Source: an uncultured Flavobacteriaceae bacterium
Lineage (GTDB): Bacteria; Bacteroidota; Bacteroidia; Flavobacteriales; Flavobacteriaceae
Length of the DNA: 64,000 nt
Direction of reading: 5' to 3'
Assembly (NCBI GenBank): GCA_963932955.1
Contig: CAWVRK010000004.1
Coordinates: 37,136-101,135, forward strand
In this document: positions 57,417-64,000 of the stretch, piece by piece
How the letters are laid out: each line of letters opens with the position of its first letter
How positions within the stretch are numbered: the stretch's first letter is position 1
Program-made: the position numbers and the translations under genes
Notes under the pieces: model-generated
Told to the model about the DNA's origin: nothing
Databases searched by the model: none
What the model saw: the letters and a program-made list of their open reading frames with translations, nothing else

Positions 57417-59873
57417 ATGCGTTTTCAGAAACAGATATGCTTGTTTTTTTTATCGTTTGCTCCTTTTTCAAATGCGCAGCAATCTTTACAAAACACCCAC
57501 ATTCCCAACACAACAATTGTTGAAAAACCCTTTGACCTCCATCACACTCAGCTAAAAATCCGCTTTGACTTTTCAGAAGAACGACTCTATGGCGAAGCGG
57601 TTCTTTCGGCGAGCCCTCATTTTTACAAAACCCAAAACATCGTTTTGGATGCTAAAAATATGACTGTCCAAAAAGTGAGCAGTTTGGACAAGGCACTTGA
57701 CTACCATTACGACGGGGAGCAAATACACATCGACCTGAACAGGATCTACCATCGAGAAGACACCCTGCAGCTCACGGTTGCTTACAGCGTCAAATCTCAA
57801 AAAACATTCAAAAAGTTAAATGAAACCGGAAGAAAAATTCCAGGCTTGAATTTTGTCAATCCCCTAGCGCTTCAAAAGAACATTCCCACGCAAATATGGA
57901 CACAAAGCATTGCAGACGCCAACAGTTTTTGGTTTCCGACACTAAACAGTCCCAATCAAATGACCCTTCAGGAAATATTCCTAACCGTCCCGGATTCGTT
58001 GACAACCCTGTCCAACGGAACGTTGGTTTCTAAAACGGCACTTCCCAATGGAGAACGCCAAGACCATTGGAAGTTAGGTCACAAACACGCTCCCCATTTG
58101 TTTTTTATAGCGGTAGGAGAATTTGCATTAATCAAAGAAGTCTGGAAAGGCAAAGATGTCAACTATTATGTAGAAAAAGACAAGGAAAACTTGGCAAAAA
58201 AAGTTTTTGGAAACACACCTCAAATGATGCAATTCTTCTCTGAAATTTCGGGAATTGATTTTGTTTGGGATCAATACAGTCAGGTGGTTGTTCGCAATCT
58301 TAAAGAAAAAGCGGAGGCTTATACAATGGTTTCTGTTTTTTCAGATGAAGCCTACCAATCTGAGGGAGATTTGGTGGATGGCAATTTGTGGGAGCCTGTC
58401 ATTGCAAACCGCTTATTCCAGCAATGGTTTGGGAGTTTTGTAAGTCCTAAAAGCTGGAGTGAAATGTCTTGGAACGAAGGTTTTGGAGAATACGCGGCGT
58501 ATTTGTGGATGGAGCAAAAACACGGACAAAACGCAGCAGATGCATACCTGCAAAAGATAACTGCTCTTTACAGGGCAAGTACAAACACGCAACAAAGTTT
58601 GGTGGAGCAAAATTCCGACAGCCAACTGCTCTTGAAAGAGGGAAGACAGGAAAAAGGGGCTTTGGTCCTTCACATGCTGAAAGACCTGCTCGGAGACAAA
58701 GCTTTTTTCAAAGGATTGCAGCAGTATTTAAAAACACATGCATATGCTACTACTGAAGCGGCGCAATTGCGAATGGCTTTTGAAGATGTGTCTGGAAAAG
58801 CATTGGGTTGGTTTTTCGACCAATGGTTTTTCAAGGGAGGGCATCCCGTAGTTCATGTTTCCTACGATTACAATTTGTTGGAAAAAACAGTGACGGTTAA
58901 TTTGAGACAACAAGGCGAAGTGTTTAATTTTCCCTTGAAGATTGTGCTACATGAGAATGGGCTTAAAAGGGTGCAGAAGGTATTTGTCAAGGAAGAAGAG
59001 AGTTCTTTTACTTTTGCTTACAACAAAACCCCTCAATGGGTACAAGTCAATGCTGATCATGTGGTGTTGGGTGATTTTATCGAAAACAAAACACAGAAAG
59101 CCTACATATACCAGTACAAGCATGCAGCGCATATTGCAGATCGCAAAGAAGCATTGCTTGCCCTGTCTAAGCACCAAGCGGACAAAGAAGTCTTCGAACT
59201 TCTTGTTTCGGCATTTGACGATGTCTATGCGCCCTTGCAGATAATCGCATTGGAACACATTGACCTCAGTTTCAAATACTCAAAGAGACAGGTCATCAAA
59301 AAAATTGAATCCCTTGCTAAAAGCAGTCAAAACAATGCTGTAAAAGCAGCTGCCATCAAGCTATTGGGAAAATTGGTGTATTTTGATTACCAATATTTCT
59401 TTGAAAAATCTGTAGACAGCCCATCCAATCTGGTCAAAGAAAGTGCCTTGGAGGCATTGTATTACTTAGATGCAAAATCAGCGATGGACAAGGCGAAATT
59501 CCTGCCCTCAAGCGTCAAAGAATCCATCGCCATTCCACTCACCAAATTGTATATAGAAGCCAAAGAAACCTCTGAAATGGCGTTTGTTGCCAAATACATC
59601 GTACAAGGTTTGTACCTAAGCAATGACAAAAAAGCTAAAGAACTCTACAAAAACGCGTTTATATGGGTGGCCACTTCAAACAACGTGGCAGCAATAACGA
59701 ATTTGGCCAACGACCTCGTTGTTAAAGGACAAGAATACCGCAGCTACAACTTCCATTTAGAGGCGATTCGCATGCTTAGAGAAATCGCCTACGAGCAGGA
59801 AAGACGTCAGAATTCACACCAAAAAGAACTGGTAACAATAGCAAATAGCGCATTGTCACAATTGATCGAATAA
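57417..59873 (+). CDS. M1 aminopeptidase homolog with HEAT-like C-terminus; catalytic motifs lost
   Basis: Signal peptide, WFPT...PN, TLSNG, HAP.LFF..VGEF, YSQ, WFG, NEGF and KG..VLHML show the M1 scaffold. HEXXH reads NRLFQ and GAMEN reads KAEAY. Confidence 0.9.
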   Translation: MRFQKQICLFFLSFAPFSNAQQSLQNTHIPNTTIVEKPFDLHHTQLKIRFDFSEERLYGEAVLSASPHFYKTQNIVLDAKNMTVQKVSSLDKALDYHYDGEQIHIDLNRIYHREDTLQLTVAYSVKSQKTFKKLNETGRKIPGLNFVNPLALQKNIPTQIWTQSIADANSFWFPTLNSPNQMTLQEIFLTVPDSLTTLSNGTLVSKTALPNGERQDHWKLGHKHAPHLFFIAVGEFALIKEVWKGKDVNYYVEKDKENLAKKVFGNTPQMMQFFSEISGIDFVWDQYSQVVVRNLKEKAEAYTMVSVFSDEAYQSEGDLVDGNLWEPVIANRLFQQWFGSFVSPKSWSEMSWNEGFGEYAAYLWMEQKHGQNAADAYLQKITALYRASTNTQQSLVEQNSDSQLLLKEGRQEKGALVLHMLKDLLGDKAFFKGLQQYLKTHAYATTEAAQLRMAFEDVSGKALGWFFDQWFFKGGHPVVHVSYDYNLLEKTVTVNLRQQGEVFNFPLKIVLHENGLKRVQKVFVKEEESSFTFAYNKTPQWVQVNADHVVLGDFIENKTQKAYIYQYKHAAHIADRKEALLALSKHQADKEVFELLVSAFDDVYAPLQIIALEHIDLSFKYSKRQVIKKIESLAKSSQNNAVKAAAIKLLGKLVYFDYQYFFEKSVDSPSNLVKESALEALYYLDAKSAMDKAKFLPSSVKESIAIPLTKLYIEAKETSEMAFVAKYIVQGLYLSNDKKAKELYKNAFIWVATSNNVAAITNLANDLVVKGQEYRSYNFHLEAIRMLREIAYEQERRQNSHQKELVTIANSALSQLIE

Positions 59874-59931
59874 GCTCAAGGCTTGATAAGGAAGACGATG
59901 GGTTGTTTTGCGAGAAGCAAACAACGGAGTT

Positions 59932-60357
59932 CTACAAGGATTGTTTGTTGGGTGTATAAGCTTCAAAAGTTCCATCTACATAAAACACAAGTACTTTTTC
60001 AATTCCTATGTCTTTTGGCAAATATGCTGAGGCTGTGGTTGCTTGTGACAGATCTGGAAATCCCAATTCGGAGATTTTGTGACTCAATTGGTTTTTTGTT
60101 TTTGGGCTAGGGGACTGACTACCAGGATTGTTTTTTGGAAAAACACCCAATCCCTTTAACAGCCATTGCAAATCAACCTCTTTGTATGTTTCTGTTATTT
60201 TCAACACAAAATCCAAGCTAGGTTTATTTCTTCCAGATGCGATGTGGGAGATGCTAGACCGCGGCACTTCGATAGATTCTGCAAATGCAGCTGCAGACAG
60301 GCTGTAATAATCCATGATTTTTTTTAGTCTTGTAGCAAAGGCTTGAGTGTTTAACAT
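59932..60357 (-). CDS. XRE-family helix-turn-helix transcriptional regulator
   Basis: RLKKIM...LS...FA..I.V.RSSISHI.SGRNKPSLDFVLKI...VDLQWLL.G. Confidence 0.92.
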   Translation of the reverse strand: MLNTQAFATRLKKIMDYYSLSAAAFAESIEVPRSSISHIASGRNKPSLDFVLKITETYKEVDLQWLLKGLGVFPKNNPGSQSPSPKTKNQLSHKISELGFPDLSQATTASAYLPKDIGIEKVLVFYVDGTFEAYTPNKQSL

Positions 60358-60375
60358 TGTAACTTATTTGAGTGT

Positions 60376-60642
60376 TTACAAATGTAGTTTTTTTTACTCA
60401 CAGGGCAAATCTATTTTTAAGAACTGATTATTTATTAAACTAAAACTTTACTTAGGTAAATTCAAAAGACTCATTTACAATAATTTAAACATAATATAGC
60501 TTGTTATTACTACCTTTGTTAGAAAATGAAACACAAGGGAAGAACCTCTTTGGGAGCGCAAGTGAAATTTGTTTACATATTTAAACATAAAGCTTGTCGG
60601 AGATAATTACATTTGTAAACACAAGATTATTTACATTTGTAA
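60376..60642. promoter_or_regulatory. Divergent promoter region with repeated TTACA-WW-TGTAA operator-like palindromes
   Basis: TTACATTTGTAA at 60607-60618 and 60631-60642, and TTACAAATGTAG at 60376-60387. Each embeds a TACATTTG (TAnnTTTG) -7 element. Confidence 0.65.
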
Positions 60643-60643
60643 T

Positions 60644-61738
60644 ATGAAAAAAATACCCCTGTCACTCATAGAAAACTGGTATGCGAACCATTATGAAAAA
60701 GCGCTTTCTGGACGTCGCATTCTCTGCGACACCATCACTCCGTTGTTAAACGCGATGGACAGTTCCTTGTTTTCAATCAAACAATTAGGGAGCTCAGAAA
60801 AAAACACCCCCATTTATTCTGTTCAAATTGGTAATGGGTCACGAAAAATCTTGCTTTGGTCTCAAATGCATGGGAACGAAAGCACGGGCACCAAAGCGAT
60901 GTTTGACTTGTTTAAGTTCCTAGACGGTCCTGAAAACTTAGTCCATATAAAAGCAGCTGTTCTAAACAAGTGCAGCCTTGTTTTTGTGCCCATACTAAAT
61001 CCTGACGGAGCCGATGCCTTTACACGTGTCAATGCCAATGGGATTGATTTGAACAGGGATGCCGTAGCTTTGGTTGCCAAGGAAAGCAAGCTTTTGCGTA
61101 ATTTGTTGGACACTTTCAATCCTGAATTTTGTTTTAACCTTCACGACCAACGAACCATATTCAACGTCGAGGGCACCAAAAACCCTGCTGCTGTCTCTTT
61201 TTTAGCACCATCTGAAGACTTAAAGCGAACTTTGACCAAGGGACGTACAGAAACCATGAGCGTAATTAGCTCTATGAATGCACTCTTGTCTGAGCTCATT
61301 CCGAATCACATCGGTCGTTATACGGATGAATTTTACCCAACCGCCACTGGGGACAATTTTCAAAAAATGGGCCACAACACTATTTTAATTGAAGCGGGTC
61401 ATTATTACGACGACTATGATCGAGAATTGGTGCGAAAATTCAATTTTTACGCAATCTTGCAAGGTCTTTATTTCTTGAGCGAAACAGATAACTTCTCCAA
61501 CTACGCACCCTATTTTGGCATTCCTAATAATGCGAGCGATTGTTTCGATATCATTTGTAGAAATGTACTAACAGAAGAAGGAACGGTATTAGATATTGCT
61601 TTTCAGTACGATTATATAGTCAAAAACAAGCAAGTGCATTTGGAGAAAAAAGAAGCCGCAAGAGGCGACCTTTCTGCCAACATTGGCCACAAAGAACTTG
61701 ACTTGAAGAAACAACCTTTAAAAAACATGATTTTTTGA
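60644..61738 (+). CDS. M14 family zinc carboxypeptidase
   Basis: SQMHGNESTGT, LNPDGA, NANGIDLNRD, FNLHDQ, LIEAGH. Start placed at MKKIPLS. Confidence 0.9.
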   Translation: MKKIPLSLIENWYANHYEKALSGRRILCDTITPLLNAMDSSLFSIKQLGSSEKNTPIYSVQIGNGSRKILLWSQMHGNESTGTKAMFDLFKFLDGPENLVHIKAAVLNKCSLVFVPILNPDGADAFTRVNANGIDLNRDAVALVAKESKLLRNLLDTFNPEFCFNLHDQRTIFNVEGTKNPAAVSFLAPSEDLKRTLTKGRTETMSVISSMNALLSELIPNHIGRYTDEFYPTATGDNFQKMGHNTILIEAGHYYDDYDRELVRKFNFYAILQGLYFLSETDNFSNYAPYFGIPNNASDCFDIICRNVLTEEGTVLDIAFQYDYIVKNKQVHLEKKEAARGDLSANIGHKELDLKKQPLKNMIF

Positions 61739-61821
61739 ATATTTCGTAATGTAAATCTATTTTTGGTGAAAATATTTTAGTAATTTTGTATTTTTACGTT
61801 TTATCTGATAATTAATTAGCT

Positions 61822-62301
61822 ATGAAAAAATACATTTTAGATGAAGTTGATCACCAAATATTAGACATGTTGATTGACAACGCACGAACTCCTTTTACAG
61901 ACATTGCAAAAAAACTATTGGTTTCTGCCGGAACCATTCATGTTCGTGTCAAGAAAATGGAAGAGGAGGGAATTATCAAAGGATCCACGCTCACTTTAGA
62001 TTACGAAAAAATGGGCTATGCTTTTATCGCTCATATTGGAGTTTACTTGGAGAAAACATCCATGACCAAAGAAGTGATCAGTAGTTTGAGACTGATTCCA
62101 AACGTAACGGTTGCTTATGTAACGGCTGGAAAGTTCAACATCTTTTGCAAGATTAGAGCCAAAGACACAGAAGATGCAAAAAACATCATTTTTAAAATTG
62201 ATGACATCTCAGGGGTCAACAGAACCGAGACGATGATTTCTTTAGAAGAAAGCATCAACGATAAGAAAAGAATGATGCATGCAATTTTTAGAGACTACTA
62301 G
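61822..62301 (+). CDS. Lrp/AsnC family transcriptional regulator
   Basis: LDEVDHQIL..L..NARTPFTDIAKKL.VS.GTIHVRVKKME..GIIKG, TAGKFNI. Confidence 0.93.
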   Translation: MKKYILDEVDHQILDMLIDNARTPFTDIAKKLLVSAGTIHVRVKKMEEEGIIKGSTLTLDYEKMGYAFIAHIGVYLEKTSMTKEVISSLRLIPNVTVAYVTAGKFNIFCKIRAKDTEDAKNIIFKIDDISGVNRTETMISLEESINDKKRMMHAIFRDY

Positions 62302-62338
62302 GTTCTAAAAGCACAAAGAACAATTCTCAACTCCTGAC

Positions 62339-62364
62339 AAAAGCTATTTTTTCAATAGCTTTTT
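62339..62364. terminator. Terminator hairpin between the convergent Lrp and LTA-synthase-family genes
   Basis: AAAAGCTATT-TTTTC-AATAGCTTTT; overlaps the minus-strand stop codon. Confidence 0.65.
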
Positions 62365-64000
62365 GTTGTTGTAATACAGATACTTACTACTTTGGTAGAC
62401 GGCCTGAACCAAACTGTCCATGTGCTGATTGATTGTTGGGTTTTTGTCTTTTACATCCACAAGTTCGGCAGCATTCAACTTGTACAGTCCCGTTTTATTT
62501 GTAGTCAGTGTTCTGGAAAAGTAAAAGTCATCTTCCAAAAGGTGAATTGCGGGTTCTCCAGAAACTTTTTTGTAGAGAAATGCCGCAGAACGAGTTCGTC
62601 CAGGCGCCAACAAGTCTGTCCCCAGCGTATGGTTGGTGTGTGGAATTTTAGCGACACCGGCAGCTGTAGGAAACACATCAAACAAGTTGCCGTATTTTTC
62701 AAAAACACCTGGTTTTACATAGTTAGGTGCGTGGATAAAAAAGGGCACATGGTGTACACTCAAGCCCAATGCATACTCCTTTCGTTTCATGTAATCAAAG
62801 GGGTTCATAGCGGTGTTGTGGTCTCCAAAAAACAAGAAAATTGTGTTGTCGTAATAGCCTGATTTTTGTGCACGTTTTAAAAAAACTTCTATGTTAAAAT
62901 CCAAATACCTCAACGCGTTGAGTTGCGCGATGGATTTAAATCCTGACTTCTGAAATGCCTCTTGATCCAAAGTTTCTTCTGTCAGTGGACGGTAGCTTTC
63001 TTTTTGGTCAGGAACTGTAAAAGGCATGTGATTGGAAGCGGTTTGAATATAAGCCACAAAAGGCTTGTTCTCTGCGTGTTTTCTTGCAAGTTCCTTGTCG
63101 GACTCTTTGAACAATTCGTAATCGTCCATGCCCCATACATCGGCTCTTTTTTCAACCTCGTAGCTCCCTTCTTCAAAAAGCTCCAAATCGACAATGTTGG
63201 ACTGAAGGAGCCCGCGAATGTTAGCCCAATTGGCACTGCCACCGATAAAATACAATTTCTGGTAACCTTTAAATTGGTCAAACAAAATCCGTTGGTCGAT
63301 TACCAAAGGATTTCGAGAAGCGGTTTTGACCCTGTCGATGTCTGGCAAACCTGTGACACTCGCAAAAACACTGGCCGCAGTTCCTGCTTTGTGTACGAAA
63401 AAATTCGTGAAATGGGCACTCTTTTCAGCCAAACTGTCCATGACAGGAGTACTTTTGAGGGGGTTGCCATAAGCACTCATTCCAGCAGCTCCAACCGATT
63501 CCATCATGACAAAAACCACGTTGGGCTTCACGGCATGGGCATTTGAAAATGAAACGGTTCTCGCATACGAAAGCGGGCTCTTTGAAAGCTTTAAAAAGTT
63601 TGCAATTACCGGATAGCTATCCCTTGTAGCTTTTTCGTCAAATCCCGTATTTCGAAACGCAAAACTGTCAAAAAAATACAGAATGGGATTCAAAGCAAAT
63701 TGATTGACGGAATTTTGTTTTGAAAAAAAAGCTTGACTCCACCGCAAAGGGTAGTGGGAAAAACTGTTGTAAACACCAAAAGACAGGGAAAGAAACAGCG
63801 CAATTCCAAACACAATCTTCTTTCTTTTTGTAAGTTCACCTGTCTTTTCTGTCAACTTAGTATAAGCGTATGCATTGATTTTATACACCCCAAACAAAAA
63901 TACCAACAACAAAAGCCCTCCCTCAACGATTGGATAGCTTTCTAGCAAAACCTGAGTGGAAATAAGGATGTCGTCAAAAAATCGGAGGGAAGTAGCATCG
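62344..64000 (-). CDS. LTA synthase / sulfatase-family membrane phosphotransferase; N-terminus lies beyond the window end
   Basis: TM helices, PNVVFVMMES, TPVMDSLA, catalytic-Thr region AGTAAS, TASNHMPF, FFGDH. The frame stays open to the window edge (DATSLRFFDDILISTQVL precedes the ORF-track start). Confidence 0.88.
   Translation of the reverse strand, partial: DATSLRFFDDILISTQVLLESYPIVEGGLLLLVFLFGVYKINAYAYTKLTEKTGELTKRKKIVFGIALFLSLSFGVYNSFSHYPLRWSQAFFSKQNSVNQFALNPILYFFDSFAFRNTGFDEKATRDSYPVIANFLKLSKSPLSYARTVSFSNAHAVKPNVVFVMMESVGAAGMSAYGNPLKSTPVMDSLAEKSAHFTNFFVHKAGTAASVFASVTGLPDIDRVKTASRNPLVIDQRILFDQFKGYQKLYFIGGSANWANIRGLLQSNIVDLELFEEGSYEVEKRADVWGMDDYELFKESDKELARKHAENKPFVAYIQTASNHMPFTVPDQKESYRPLTEETLDQEAFQKSGFKSIAQLNALRYLDFNIEVFLKRAQKSGYYDNTIFLFFGDHNTAMNPFDYMKRKEYALGLSVHHVPFFIHAPNYVKPGVFEKYGNLFDVFPTAAGVAKIPHTNHTLGTDLLAPGRTRSAAFLYKKVSGEPAIHLLEDDFYFSRTLTTNKTGLYKLNAAELVDVKDKNPTINQHMDSLVQAVYQSSKYLYYNNKKLLKK

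Noticed and set aside
60358-60643. Replication origin in the AT-rich intergenic region
   Set aside because: No cluster of DnaA boxes. The repeats match promoter/operator motifs instead.
62962-63546. 194-aa + strand ORF
   Set aside because: Lies entirely antisense to the LTA-synthase-family gene and has no recognisable motif.
1-64000. CRISPR array, IS elements, prophage or defense genes
   Set aside because: No regularly spaced repeats seen by eye, and no transposase, integrase, Cas, phage or restriction-modification motifs among the ORFs.

Overview
AT-rich (by eye roughly 38-40% GC) chromosomal segment of a Flavobacteriaceae (Bacteroidota) bacterium, judged from gene content and recurrent TAnnTTTG promoter elements. 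It is mostly housekeeping: sucC, purA, fur, relA/spoT, dnaB, queE, tgt, accA, recR, pdxH, ppx, miaA, smpB, serC/serA, a complete hisG-D-C-B-H-A-F-IE operon and tRNA-Ala(GGC). I found no transposase, integrase, prophage gene or CRISPR array. Main points of interest: (1) a full-length M1 aminopeptidase homolog that has lost GAMEN, HEXXH and the catalytic Tyr; (2) a lipoprotein built from two [Cys-bounded module + Kazal protease-inhibitor domain] repeats plus a DUF6174-like tail; (3) a long, Campylobacterota-like DapD; (4) the two transketolase half-genes about 21 kb apart on opposite strands; (5) an unannotated His-rich leader peptide with terminator and antiterminator; (6) a 6S-like structured RNA; (7) palindromic operators overlapping the divergent promoters of an XRE regulator and an M14 peptidase. 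All family assignments come from motif recognition; no searches were run.
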